This document shows, in pieces, positions 10,222 to 20,589 of a stretch of DNA of 54,595 nt. This DNA is from a virus. Lineage: Duplodnaviria > Caudoviricetes. Both the position numbers and the translations under genes were made by a program. Position 1 is the first letter of the stretch. Every line of letters begins with the position of its first letter. The stretch is taken from IMG/VR virus record IMGVR_UViG_3300027872_000007, positions 1 through 54,595 of that record. The stretch is one strand, 5' to 3'. The notes beneath the pieces are model-generated. The model searched no databases. It worked only from the letters and a program-made list of their open reading frames with translations, and was not told the origin of the DNA.

Positions 10222-13200
10222 GGCAGATCAACTTGAGCGTCCGCAGTTTGTACAACACCGAGAATTACGCCAGACGCTGTGAACTCGCCCGTTGAGCGGA
10301 AAGGCTTGAATCCTTTTAGGCGAGCCTTGTATACGACATCGATGTTGGCGACGAATTGTATGGTGTTCGTTACCGATACGCCTGCGGCCTGCTCCCTGAT
10401 AAAGGTCACATGCACGTTATCATCGAGCGTCAAATCAACGGCGCCAGTAACGGCACCAATCGTACCCGAGGTCAACGTGAAAATGTTGGTAGTGCGATTC
10501 ACCGAGCTATACGGGAATTGCAGGAAATTGCCGGTGTCGTTCGGATCCAGTACATACAACACACCAACATCCGGCACATCTGCCGGCAACGGACTGATGG
10601 TGCGAGAATTGGCGCCAACCAATATGGTTGAGTCGGCTGCCTGGTTGTTACCGCCACCGATGACACCAACATCAAACTCATTTCTGAGAATAAGCGTGGA
10701 GCCCGAGCCCGTTGAGCGGAAAGCGGCAACTCGCCACAAATTCGCAATACCGGAGATAGTCATTGACTGTAGGTTCGGTGGGCTACGGGTTACGCCATTA
10801 TCGTCGATAACCGTAAACGCCCGAATATCTGCTGCTGCCACAAAGCCAGTATCGAGGAACCAGCCCTGAGCCAACGCCCAGTTGCCAGTAAACGGCCCCA
10901 TCGGATTACCCGGTTTGACTTCGCCATAACTGTCTTTTAGCTTGCGGAAGAACCGACCGATGGTGCCGGCATCGGCAGTGCCAGGGCCCTCGAATAAGAA
11001 AGTGGCTTCTTCAGCGCGAGTCAGATATTTGGAATACTGGTAGCCGTTCTGCACTGTTTGGGGGCTGCCGCCTCCGGTCAGGTTGTGCGAGACCGAAGCC
11101 GAGTAGGGCTGTGCGCCTTCACCATTGTTCAGGTCAGCACTGAAAAGAACGACTGAGGCATAGGTCTGTGTCGTTACGCCTGGATTCCACGTTGCACCCG
11201 AGCTGACGCCAGTAATGGTGTTGTCACCTGAGAAGGTGCCAGTCAGTACCTGGATGTAAATAATGTCCGTAACGGTGTCCGCAAACACCAGCCGTCCGGT
11301 CGCGCCAGTGACAGCCTGAGAAAGCGCCTCGCCTGGATTGAACGTGCCGGTAATGACTGCCTGCGGCGAACTATCGGCAGAAATGTCAACAACTTGCATG
11401 GCAATGTCGGCGCTGAAGCCAGCAACGACCTCACCAATAGAGACCGGCTCATTGACCGTGAAGGCTTTGCCGGAGACTTCGCCTGTGCAGACATCGCCAT
11501 CGGCAAGCTGGGTGCCGCCTTTCAGTACATATTCCAAGGTGCCGGTCGCCCCGGCATCGCCAGTCTGAGCTACCACATAACCAACTTTCAGTAAGTTACC
11601 CGCAAGCGCAGTAAACATTTCACCCTTGAGCAGGGTAGCTGCTGAACCGGCATCCCAGTCAATGATGAAGGCGCCGTTCGGGTTACGATCCGCCGCAGTA
11701 TCATCAGCCGTACCCAGCGCAACCGTGTTGACGCCTCCAACAGCCGCATTGAACTGCGTATGATCGTAAGTCGATGTCCAAAATTCGTGTGCGAATACCG
11801 TATAAGCTCCGTTGACAGACGGATCACCGCCCGGTAACAACTGCCCAAGGCCAGCCGTGGCGGGTGCGATAAAGCGCGTGTCTCTGCGTGTTTTCACCTT
11901 CACCAGCACGTCAATCTGACCTTCAAGCCAACTGGTTGCCACTTTTTCCTGATTCTGTTCGATGTAGAGCTGCGGCATGTGAAAAGGCTGCGCCGCGACA
12001 TACAGGAAGCCGGTATCCGTGACCTTATTCAAAACGCCGGTAGTCTGCGGGTTCGCCCAGACTTCCGCGCCCGAGGTATCCGTCCAACCGCCTTGACGCA
12101 TGAAGCGATACGAAAGATCAGGCGTGATCCAATCAAAGACCACCTGATAAGCCGAGCCCTTGCCAGTAGCATCCAAGGCTTCGTCGTCATCCAACTGGAT
12201 CAACTCATCGAAGGTGTCTTGAGAGAGCGTGTACACGCTGTTGGATTTTCTAACGATATTGAGTGAGTTGGCAGCCGCATAAATACCGCCCTGTGAAGCA
12301 TTGCCACCAACCGCATCAGCAAACTGCTCTTTGCGAATGCCGTCAGGCAGATTCAGTAGCGCCGCGGCAATCACGGCATTGGTGCCGTTAGCATCAGCGA
12401 TCTTCACGCCGTCCACGTTAATATCTTCAGTCGTAACCCACGTACCGGACTCGTCGGCCAGAATGAGCTGAGTGCCAGTGTCGGCTAATACTCGCCCGGT
12501 CGCGGCAGAAGTCACGCCAACAATTACGTCGCCAGGCGAGAACACCTTGCCTGCAACGAGGTTGTTGTAACCAATGACCTGATCGATTTCCAGACTAATA
12601 TCGTCAGTCCAGTCGCCGCCTCCACCCGAACTATCCGAGTCCACAATGATCAGGCTGCCGGTCGCTGTGACGCCCAACACTCGCTCGACCAGTCCACGCG
12701 CGCCCCCGGCTGTGGTTTCCTGCACGATCGCCTGTTCTGGAATTGCCACGGTGCCGGCATCGTAGTGAATGATTACACAGTCGTTTGTGTTGGCCGTACC
12801 GGGAACGGCAAGGGTGCCAGCGGTCTGCGTGGTGCCAAGTGCCGTATCGTTGTCCACACCGACACCATTCGCCAGCGCCACGCCTGCCTCGCCACCAGTA
12901 ATGCTAAGCGAGCTATTATTGGTAAACAGTGTGAATACGTCACCAAAAAGCGTACCACCGCCCAAGCCATCTTCATTGTATTCGATGGTCCGAACAGTGA
13001 TTGTGCCAGTCACTGCATCGGTGACGACATCCCCAATATGAATGCCCTGTACATCCGGAGTCTTGTCAACGACACCATCGAAGTTCACAAAGGACATGAC
13101 CTCAAAGGTCTCGTTGTCCTGAAACAGCCCGACTACATTGGTCAGTGTCAGGGTGCCGCTTGCGGTCGCACCAGTGACGGCAATAATTTTGCCGATCGCG

Positions 13201-13334
13201 CCAGAAGTATTGCCGCGGACGTATTCACCAACGGCTGCCTGTCGGCCAGTGCCTATGTCGTAGCTCAGCACACCGTCGATGTGGCTCAATATTTTGGCAG
13301 CGTAATTAAAGTCCCAGTCATCTGCGATGGCCAT
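10218..13334 (-). CDS. Large tail/fibre structural protein (1038 aa)
   Basis: G/T/A/V-rich with repeated F/VxxG(E/D)xxxGxxS(G/A)AxG motifs. C-terminus resembles that of 13346-15898. Confidence 0.7.
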   Translation of the reverse strand: MAIADDWDFNYAAKILSHIDGVLSYDIGTGRQAAVGEYVRGNTSGAIGKIIAVTGATASGTLTLTNVVGLFQDNETFEVMSFVNFDGVVDKTPDVQGIHIGDVVTDAVTGTITVRTIEYNEDGLGGGTLFGDVFTLFTNNSSLSITGGEAGVALANGVGVDNDTALGTTQTAGTLAVPGTANTNDCVIIHYDAGTVAIPEQAIVQETTAGGARGLVERVLGVTATGSLIIVDSDSSGGGGDWTDDISLEIDQVIGYNNLVAGKVFSPGDVIVGVTSAATGRVLADTGTQLILADESGTWVTTEDINVDGVKIADANGTNAVIAAALLNLPDGIRKEQFADAVGGNASQGGIYAAANSLNIVRKSNSVYTLSQDTFDELIQLDDDEALDATGKGSAYQVVFDWITPDLSYRFMRQGGWTDTSGAEVWANPQTTGVLNKVTDTGFLYVAAQPFHMPQLYIEQNQEKVATSWLEGQIDVLVKVKTRRDTRFIAPATAGLGQLLPGGDPSVNGAYTVFAHEFWTSTYDHTQFNAAVGGVNTVALGTADDTAADRNPNGAFIIDWDAGSAATLLKGEMFTALAGNLLKVGYVVAQTGDAGATGTLEYVLKGGTQLADGDVCTGEVSGKAFTVNEPVSIGEVVAGFSADIAMQVVDISADSSPQAVITGTFNPGEALSQAVTGATGRLVFADTVTDIIYIQVLTGTFSGDNTITGVSSGATWNPGVTTQTYASVVLFSADLNNGEGAQPYSASVSHNLTGGGSPQTVQNGYQYSKYLTRAEEATFLFEGPGTADAGTIGRFFRKLKDSYGEVKPGNPMGPFTGNWALAQGWFLDTGFVAAADIRAFTVIDDNGVTRSPPNLQSMTISGIANLWRVAAFRSTGSGSTLILRNEFDVGVIGGGNNQAADSTILVGANSRTISPLPADVPDVGVLYVLDPNDTGNFLQFPYSSVNRTTNIFTLTSGTIGAVTGAVDLTLDDNVHVTFIREQAAGVSVTNTIQFVANIDVVYKARLKGFKPFRSTGEFTASGVILGVVQTADAQVDLP

Positions 13335-13345
13335 CGTTCTATCCC

Positions 13346-15898
13346 CTATGGTAAATCCACAATTTTATTCGGCTCGAATCTCACGCCAACCGTCAATCCA
13401 GCGGATGTTATCACGCCAGGCGTTCGGAAGAACTTAAAACCCTTTAGCCGCACTCTTGTCTCTACGTTGGTATCACTGACAAAATTGAAAGTTGCATCGG
13501 TGAATGTACCAGCCGCGTCAGTCGTTCCTTGCGTAATCAGCGTTCCAGCCGGATCGTTTTGAATCCGAACTCTTGCCCCCTGCACAGCATTGCCATCTGG
13601 ATCGTTCACCTGCACTGTCAACGTCACGGTGTTGTTGACAATGGTCGCGCCATTCAAGGTAGACACCGATGGGGTGTCGCCACCTTGCAGCACATTGATG
13701 ATTGCAATCGCACCAGTACGCAGCTCGAAGATCGCATCGGTGCCCCCAACCGCAGTCCACACTATCGGAACGGCATTATCCCCCGTGGCAAAGTTGCCAG
13801 CGTGAGTTGGGGCTGACGTGTCTGTACCTACATTAACGATATTCACAGCCGTTCCAGCCGTGTACTCAATGGTCAGCACGTACTTGGTCGTGTTCACCAA
13901 TAAGAACTCGTCCCGGAACTCGAAGTCCGTCATCGTCAACACACCGTCGAGCGTACTCACGTCAAGCGTCTCGGACGTAGCCAGAGCCACACCTGTCGGT
14001 TCACTGTCAGTACCAAACGTGCCTGTGTGGGCATACAGTTTGGCTACCGCCGTGCCGGTCGGTGATGCTGTCTTGCTGAGCATGAACTGGGCACGAGATA
14101 GCGTGTTGCCATCGCCGGTCACACTTTGGGCATAGCCGTGATTCACATCATTCAGAGGGCTGGTCGCGCTCTGGTTCGCAATACCGTAGCTGTCAGTGAC
14201 GGTTGCAACGCCAGAATTGAGAACATCAAAGGTGTTGCCAGCAAAGGTGATGTTGCGAAAGTTGTAAGTGATCTTGCCGGTGAGTGTTGGTCGTAACTGG
14301 ATGCCATTGATACAGTTCTGCACAGCAACGTCACGGAAGCTGTCAGTGGCTGGATCAGCATCACCAAGGTCGATCGCAGCATTCTCCGCTGCTGCCAAGC
14401 CTGCGATCACGTTACACTTGCGAAACAACGCTCCATTTCTAATCCTGATGATCTCGAAGTTAGTTATGGTGCAGGAGATCATGTCAGCGTTGGCCTGCTC
14501 CAGATTGATTCGTCCACCCGTATCTACTCGAACGAATGTGCCAGCGGCTGTTAATGTTCCTCCAGCACTAACAGTATCCACTCGAATACGAATGAAGTAG
14601 TAAGCAAGCGAGCCGTTGACAGTCGTGGTCGCCCAATCAGAAGGTATTTCCCATCGCGGTTTCTTAACACCTGTACTCTGGAAGTCCAGTCCGGCATCCG
14701 TAAGCTGCGACAAAACCACCCACGAGCTGCCGTTCCAATACTCATATACGACAGTGAACGTACCATTATTCGCTTGCGCCACATTATATTCAGCGTTACT
14801 GAACGGGAAGTCATGCCCAATGTAATTCGCATCATTCACCGTTGCAGGTGACTCTAACATTACAGTAGCGTTTGGGCTGCCTGATACCGCATGTAACGTC
14901 TCGTTTGTAAACACACCCCCATTGTCTAATTGGTTATTACGAAATGTATCTACCGCCAATGCTGCTGGACCCAACAAGGTACATCCATAGAAAGCCACCG
15001 CAATATCGGCATCCGTCGCAACCACATTGAACGGCACCAACCCAGCCGATAAAAATGAATTACCAGACACACCTACTGCGGTGATGCCACTGCCAACCAA
15101 CGTACCGAAGGTGGCTGCATTCGTGCCTGTGCCACCAATAAACGATAGGACGTGGAAACTGGTCGCAAACGCTCCATCTTGAAACACCCAGACCTTATTG
15201 CTGTCCTCGAAGGTGCTGTTGGTAGCTGCGGTGACATCACCAATGACTATGCCGCCAAGAATATAAAACACACCGTTGATGTCAACAAACGTGCCACGAC
15301 CGGCAGTTGCATCAGCCGCTGCAATCTCAAGCGCGCCACGCGGAGTGGCAGCACCACCAGTCACCGTGATGCCAGACAAGATCTTTAGTTCATCAAGGAA
15401 AAAAGTATCACGAGATGATGCCGTCTGATGGTCAGCTAAGAGTGCAAATGCCCTGGCATTTGCCATCAGATTACCAGCACTATTGAACTGATGGTTAGGG
15501 GATAGCGGGTCAGCACAGAAGCAAAAGAATCCGTTAAATACATTGCGTGTCGTGTTGTTATCACCAACATTGATTTCTTGGTACAAAGTGGCAGCACCAT
15601 TAACCGTAGACCATCGGATACGCCAGCCCTGCCCGGCACTTGATACGTTATCGAGTGATCTCCCCCAAATCAAAATATGCTTGCCTTCAATGTCAAGGAC
15701 GCCCCCGAAGTCGTCACCAACACCACCAAGGTCAGCAGCCGTGACACGCGCTCGCCATGAGTTCGTACCCTGTGCCTTGATGTCAGGATCAAGTGCGCTT
15801 GGGTTATTCACCCCAGTACCAACATTGAAGCGTGACGCATCCAACGCATCACACGTATTGATGATCGTCTGATCGTTAGCGGCGACGGAAATTGCCAT
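13346..15898 (-). CDS. Large beta-rich tail/receptor-binding structural protein (850 aa)
   Basis: Beta-helix-like stretches, a WEYWNG-type module and an Ig/carboxypeptidase-regulatory-like C-terminus (TVTLTVQVNDPDGNAVQGARVRI). Confidence 0.7.
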   Translation of the reverse strand: MAISVAANDQTIINTCDALDASRFNVGTGVNNPSALDPDIKAQGTNSWRARVTAADLGGVGDDFGGVLDIEGKHILIWGRSLDNVSSAGQGWRIRWSTVNGAATLYQEINVGDNNTTRNVFNGFFCFCADPLSPNHQFNSAGNLMANARAFALLADHQTASSRDTFFLDELKILSGITVTGGAATPRGALEIAAADATAGRGTFVDINGVFYILGGIVIGDVTAATNSTFEDSNKVWVFQDGAFATSFHVLSFIGGTGTNAATFGTLVGSGITAVGVSGNSFLSAGLVPFNVVATDADIAVAFYGCTLLGPAALAVDTFRNNQLDNGGVFTNETLHAVSGSPNATVMLESPATVNDANYIGHDFPFSNAEYNVAQANNGTFTVVYEYWNGSSWVVLSQLTDAGLDFQSTGVKKPRWEIPSDWATTTVNGSLAYYFIRIRVDTVSAGGTLTAAGTFVRVDTGGRINLEQANADMISCTITNFEIIRIRNGALFRKCNVIAGLAAAENAAIDLGDADPATDSFRDVAVQNCINGIQLRPTLTGKITYNFRNITFAGNTFDVLNSGVATVTDSYGIANQSATSPLNDVNHGYAQSVTGDGNTLSRAQFMLSKTASPTGTAVAKLYAHTGTFGTDSEPTGVALATSETLDVSTLDGVLTMTDFEFRDEFLLVNTTKYVLTIEYTAGTAVNIVNVGTDTSAPTHAGNFATGDNAVPIVWTAVGGTDAIFELRTGAIAIINVLQGGDTPSVSTLNGATIVNNTVTLTVQVNDPDGNAVQGARVRIQNDPAGTLITQGTTDAAGTFTDATFNFVSDTNVETRVRLKGFKFFRTPGVITSAGLTVGVRFEPNKIVDLP

Positions 15899-16188
15899 TA
15901 CTTACCTTGTGGAGTTGGCAGGCTAGACTTGATGACTTCCTCGCTCGGTCCACCCGTATCCTCGATTTTGTATATCGGTCCCACACCCTCATCGTCCTCT
16001 GGCCAGGTCACATAACAGATAGCTTCGGGCTGCTTCACCACCTGCCGAGATCCAAACAAGCGTATAGCTTCTACAGCATTGAAGGCCACACAAGTCTCCG
16101 TTGTCGTCTTGGGCTTTTTCACATCGGGATTCCCAGTGTACAGCGTAACCCTCCAAAGCCGCTTCAGTTCTCGTCCTCGATAAAACAT
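15898..16188 (-). CDS. Hypothetical protein
   Basis: GGAGA SD; the stop overlaps the start of the next gene. Confidence 0.6.
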   Translation of the reverse strand: MFYRGRELKRLWRVTLYTGNPDVKKPKTTTETCVAFNAVEAIRLFGSRQVVKQPEAICYVTWPEDDEGVGPIYKIEDTGGPSEEVIKSSLPTPQGK

Positions 16189-16197
16189 TTTCTTCTC

Positions 16198-16731
16198 CTA
16201 CGAATAAGGTAATGCCAGTCGATCGTTCCAGATATTGTCGAAGGCACTGTCGCCATTGGCCCATTCAATATCGACATCATCTTCACCTGGCGTGATGAAC
16301 GTAATTCTCTGGATCCGCCAAAGTGCATCAGCATCCACAGTGCCAGGAACGGCTTCTCCAAAGTAATAAATGGTAGACGTTGTTGTGTCGTCAACCCGTT
16401 GTGCGAAAGTGGCCACAGCATCAGCCTCCAAAACAGTAATTCGTGATTCATGGTTGACAATAACAGCCGTGTTCGCGGCCACTGCCGCCACGCTCGCCTT
16501 GCCATCAAGGGCAACTTGCAATCCAGAAATAGAAGATACTGGGTGTGTATCCGCGGCGTCTCGGCCAGCAAGATCATTATGCTCCCCAGCAAATTCGGAT
16601 GCAGCCTGTGTCGCTGCCTGTATGTCGCCCTCGACAGATCGGAACCATCGTTGCAAGTCATCAACGAGGGCTCGCATTTTGTACTGATCGTACTGCCTCT
16701 CGAACTGAGGAAGATTCGGTCTACCGGCCAT
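16198..16731 (-). CDS. Tail-associated structural protein
   Basis: Start MAGRPNLP overlaps the nozzle-gene stop. Contains the HPVSSISGLQVALDGKA fibre-type repeat and a YFGEA..WRIQRI..W.DR..L.Y C-terminal module. Confidence 0.65.
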   Translation of the reverse strand: MAGRPNLPQFERQYDQYKMRALVDDLQRWFRSVEGDIQAATQAASEFAGEHNDLAGRDAADTHPVSSISGLQVALDGKASVAAVAANTAVIVNHESRITVLEADAVATFAQRVDDTTTSTIYYFGEAVPGTVDADALWRIQRITFITPGEDDVDIEWANGDSAFDNIWNDRLALPYS

Positions 16732-19361
16732 TAGCCGCCCCTCCTGCCATGAGGTTTCACCTCGGCTCGCCAGGTGCCCATTCTCCAATTGTCTCCAATG
16801 GCATTTGATTCAATTCGCAAGGCAACCTGCCGAGCCTTCATGCGAACACCTTTTCGTGCGGTGGTCGGCAAAATAGTAAATGGTCCCTTAATTTTCTGCG
16901 TTGCTGACTGCGGATACTCTCTGCCCTTGAGCGTAAAGTCGATGCTACCGACAAGTGTCTTAAAGTCCGGGATCATCGCGCCAATGTGCATGAGGTGATT
17001 CCCGGAATCTTCAATCTCAGCGTCCCAGGTCTCGATAAACGATGTCATCGCCTGAAGGACATCGTTCTCATCAGTGTCGTCCACACCAGTCTCGTGCTGG
17101 AAAATTAGACCGCCAAATGTCGCGTAAGGCTTCTTCAAGAACTGCGAACTGTCGTGAAACGCTGTGCGAGTCAACGTCCCAAAATCCCAAACCATGTCTT
17201 TGTAATCGAGCTTGACGTAGCGATCGTTGGTCTCTGACAGCGCACTTGGATAGAACCACCAGATCTCAGTGAATAGTTTGTTCACCGCACAGTAGACCTT
17301 CTGCCCCTGGGCGGAATTGATGTCGTCGAATACGTGATTGCGAACATCGCAGTCCATGACCCTGAGTACTCCATCGTATCTCAGGAAATCGTCGGTGCCC
17401 ATGAAGTACATGATGCCATTGACATCGACGCCACCGTTTGCGCCAGCAATCGTGACACTCTGCCCCTGATGTCGCAGGCCAAAGACAAGACTCCCTCCAA
17501 TAAATTGGAGGGCATGCAGAGACTCGTCAGTGTTTACAAGAATGTCGCCACGCGACTCGACCGCGGTAATGATTTCCGAGCCCACATCAAGGCGAATATC
17601 GCCGGCCAGGTTCGTGCTGGTCGGGATCCAGTCATTGAAGTTTTCCTGGTCTGACCAACGAATCAGAAGTTTATCTGCATCTCCAGGTGACGCCGCTGAG
17701 CCGAGGCCGGCACCAAAGGCAATCACATGACGTGACTCCGGAGAAATGAGCATGCGCTGGATAGACGCTGGCGCATTCACCACCAGTTGTGCGCGAGAGG
17801 TAGGTCCAGCGGTACGGTCCCAATGATACAGCGCACCACCGTTTGGCGAAGCAAGTAGATCCTCACCGAAGTTATCGAGCGACCAGGTTCGCAATGTCCT
17901 CAAGATGCCGCCGATTGGATCTCCCACGCCGTAGAAACCATTTCCATAGCCACCAGTCCCGTAGCCTTGCACCGTCACGTTGCCAGATGCGCCAATATCG
18001 ATGTCGTATTCAAACTGCACTGTGCCGCCGCCAGATGCCGACGAGGTTGCCGGCGTCAGGTTTCTGATGACGTAATTATCGGCATCGGTCACCGAGATGA
18101 TCTGAAATTCTCCATCGATGGTGATGCCGCCAACCGCGGTGGCGCCACTGAAACGAACGAAGTTACCGGCCTGCCCACCGTGAGCTGTGTCGGTGACCTG
18201 GACATACGTGGGATCGCCACTTGCGTTTGGATCGAACGCGCCCGTTACGCTCGTAGTAAACGGATCCGTCAGGCTACCTTGCTCCCTGATTGGCGTGATG
18301 TCGTACAAGGTGCTGTTGTTGACCAAGTACAACTTCAAGTCCGTGCCGATCGCCGCCCAGCTCTGCTGATCAATGCTCGTCCAGTCGATCAGTGCCCTGG
18401 AAAAGCCAAGAAATTCCGTTTGCTCAAGATTGTTCGCCGGCAAGATCACCAGGCCGTCTGGAAAAGGCGTGATCGAACTGATGCCGAAAGCTGCACCTGG
18501 CGTTATCAAAAGGGCTATCGTGCTGGATTGGTCTCCATTGCAGGCTGTCGCCTGAAACGGTCGCACATCCACGTTCAGGGTATTGGCGTCTTCCGGCAGG
18601 GATTCAGTGATAATGACCTGCGTTGCTGCGACGACCGCGCCGGCCAGAAATCGAATGACAATGCCTTGAGTGTTCGATTGGATGAACGAATCCACCGCAT
18701 AGACAAACACATTCGGCGTACCAGTCTGTACGTTATCGATGAGCGGATCTCGTAACGTCAATGTCGTCGCGCCGGCTGAGTGATTTGCCGCGAGCGCCGT
18801 GACCTGCGGTCCTGAGTCCGTCAGTATCCTCACCTTGCTGCCGACCCGTAAGTAAGTGTTCAACGTAGCGGAGATCTGAATACTGATAGATCCAGTGGTG
18901 CCGCCGCCGATTACGTTCGCCCCGCCAGCAAACTCCTCTGGGTACTCAATAATGAACGCATCGCCGGCAGACGCCGTGATGTTGGCGCTCAAGTCAAAAA
19001 CGAACACACCGGCCAAGGCGCCGGCATCGTTCACTGTGCGTCCGCCTAATCCTCCTACCAGAGAATCATCGAACAGCCAAACAGGATCGGCATCCAAACA
19101 GGTGACAGCCGTTGCCAGGTTAATCGTCGTCGCAGACACAATGTAAGTGCCGCTGGCAATCACATCCTGGCTGAGTTCTTCGTCAATGCCGACGATGGTC
19201 TGGCCCAGAGAACTGATTATCCAGCCACCGAGTTTCTCCGCAAGCAACTGACGGAACCGAATTTTGTCGCCATCCTTGTACCGGCCCTTTGCACCGCGGT
19301 CGGTTTCCTCGGTCATAAGACCAGGGAAGTTTGGCAATTCAACTGGTGTCAGCCTGCTCAT
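16731..19361 (-). CDS. Tail nozzle / DNA stabilization protein (P22 gp10 / tail tubular B-like)
   Basis: DGDKIRFR..EKLGGW, WSLDNFGEDLLA, LLIRWSDQEN..DW, NKLFTEIWWFYPS, C-terminal WRMGTWR..PHGRR. Confidence 0.8.
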   Translation of the reverse strand: MSRLTPVELPNFPGLMTEETDRGAKGRYKDGDKIRFRQLLAEKLGGWIISSLGQTIVGIDEELSQDVIASGTYIVSATTINLATAVTCLDADPVWLFDDSLVGGLGGRTVNDAGALAGVFVFDLSANITASAGDAFIIEYPEEFAGGANVIGGGTTGSISIQISATLNTYLRVGSKVRILTDSGPQVTALAANHSAGATTLTLRDPLIDNVQTGTPNVFVYAVDSFIQSNTQGIVIRFLAGAVVAATQVIITESLPEDANTLNVDVRPFQATACNGDQSSTIALLITPGAAFGISSITPFPDGLVILPANNLEQTEFLGFSRALIDWTSIDQQSWAAIGTDLKLYLVNNSTLYDITPIREQGSLTDPFTTSVTGAFDPNASGDPTYVQVTDTAHGGQAGNFVRFSGATAVGGITIDGEFQIISVTDADNYVIRNLTPATSSASGGGTVQFEYDIDIGASGNVTVQGYGTGGYGNGFYGVGDPIGGILRTLRTWSLDNFGEDLLASPNGGALYHWDRTAGPTSRAQLVVNAPASIQRMLISPESRHVIAFGAGLGSAASPGDADKLLIRWSDQENFNDWIPTSTNLAGDIRLDVGSEIITAVESRGDILVNTDESLHALQFIGGSLVFGLRHQGQSVTIAGANGGVDVNGIMYFMGTDDFLRYDGVLRVMDCDVRNHVFDDINSAQGQKVYCAVNKLFTEIWWFYPSALSETNDRYVKLDYKDMVWDFGTLTRTAFHDSSQFLKKPYATFGGLIFQHETGVDDTDENDVLQAMTSFIETWDAEIEDSGNHLMHIGAMIPDFKTLVGSIDFTLKGREYPQSATQKIKGPFTILPTTARKGVRMKARQVALRIESNAIGDNWRMGTWRAEVKPHGRRGG

Positions 19362-20560
19362 TACGCAATCTTCTGCAACGCCAGGTACGAGCCATCAAAG
19401 ACTGTCAGGTTGTTCGCGTTACTGGTGTTCTGTGCCCACTGCAAGGACAATGTACCTCCATCGGACACCACTAAAGTACCATCCAGCAAATTCCATTGAG
19501 CCACCGCGATGTCTATAGAGGCTTCGGTCACGGTGAGATTGACATCCCGCAATGCTCTGGTGTTTGCGCCACTTGCCGTCTCCATGCTTGTAAGCTGAGA
19601 CCGGGTAACCGTTCCGGTATAATTGATTCGCCATTTGATGCCCATAGCACCAGTGACCAGTCCCTTAAAAACCATGAGCATGGTCAGCTTGTAGGTGCCT
19701 GCTACGATACCAGTGAGAACTAAATCGTCGTCATCGTTCAGCGTCACATCGGTATTGGTCGTCTGGTTTACCGTTTTTTCAGCCCCAAAAGAAAAACCGC
19801 CTGCCGCGATCGCGCCTAAAGTAGCCGGAGTGACGGCCCGTACCGCATCGACACCAGCATCGACCTCAGCTTGAGTCGCAAGCTCGATAACTCCGGCGAG
19901 ACTTTCTGTCGCTGCTCGACCGGCGAGCTTCAGCGGCGTGATGGCGCGAACATCATCGGTTCCAATATCGGTCTCAGCCTGGGTAGCGATTTCGAGCGCA
20001 CCCTTCTGCGTCTCCGTGGCTTGCAACAACGATGTCGCGTTCGCCAGTTTGAATGGCGTCACGATTCTCGTGTCATCCGAGCCAGCATCGACCTCGACCT
20101 GAGTCGCGAGTTCAGCGATACCCGATTGTATTTCCGTTGCCTGCAATGCCGTCGAACCAATAATGAAGGTCTCATCGGCGTTCGGATCGACGTAGACCAT
20201 GACCACCGAACCACCTGGGATAACGACTCCGGTTCCTGCTGCGGTCTTGACTGTCACATCGAAAGCAGGAGAGGTCTCGTTCGTGACCATGTAAAGTTTC
20301 GACGTGCTGGGCACAGTGACATTCCTAGCAACGCCAGGATTGCCAATGACCGCGAGCATCGCGTTTCGGGCCTGATCGGTAGCGCCGTTTGCTGTCGTTA
20401 GAACAACATCTGCGACCGTCACATCAACGGCAATTCGGCCAGCGATAGCGGTCTCGACCAACTGGATCAGGCTCGCGTTATTGATCCCGCCCCAGACGTT
20501 TTGATTGCCGCCAGTTTCTTGCAGTACGAGCCGCAGAATTGAAGTAAATGTGTCAGCCAT
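19361..20560 (-). CDS. Tail fibre protein
   Basis: N-terminal anchor LRLVLQETGGNQNVWG and three ATE..G..E(L/I)ATQ.E.D.G.D..R..TP repeats. Confidence 0.75.
   Translation of the reverse strand: MADTFTSILRLVLQETGGNQNVWGGINNASLIQLVETAIAGRIAVDVTVADVVLTTANGATDQARNAMLAVIGNPGVARNVTVPSTSKLYMVTNETSPAFDVTVKTAAGTGVVIPGGSVVMVYVDPNADETFIIGSTALQATEIQSGIAELATQVEVDAGSDDTRIVTPFKLANATSLLQATETQKGALEIATQAETDIGTDDVRAITPLKLAGRAATESLAGVIELATQAEVDAGVDAVRAVTPATLGAIAAGGFSFGAEKTVNQTTNTDVTLNDDDDLVLTGIVAGTYKLTMLMVFKGLVTGAMGIKWRINYTGTVTRSQLTSMETASGANTRALRDVNLTVTEASIDIAVAQWNLLDGTLVVSDGGTLSLQWAQNTSNANNLTVFDGSYLALQKIA
19820..20145 (-). repeat. Three tandem ~33-37 aa fibre repeats
   Basis: ATEIQSGIAELATQVEVDAGSDDTRIVTPFKLA / ATETQKGALEIATQAETDIGTDDVRAITPLKLA / ATESLAGVIELATQAEVDAGVDAVRAVTPATL. 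Confidence 0.85.
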
Positions 20561-20589
20561 TGGTCTACATCCTCAAAAGTGCGTAAGTA

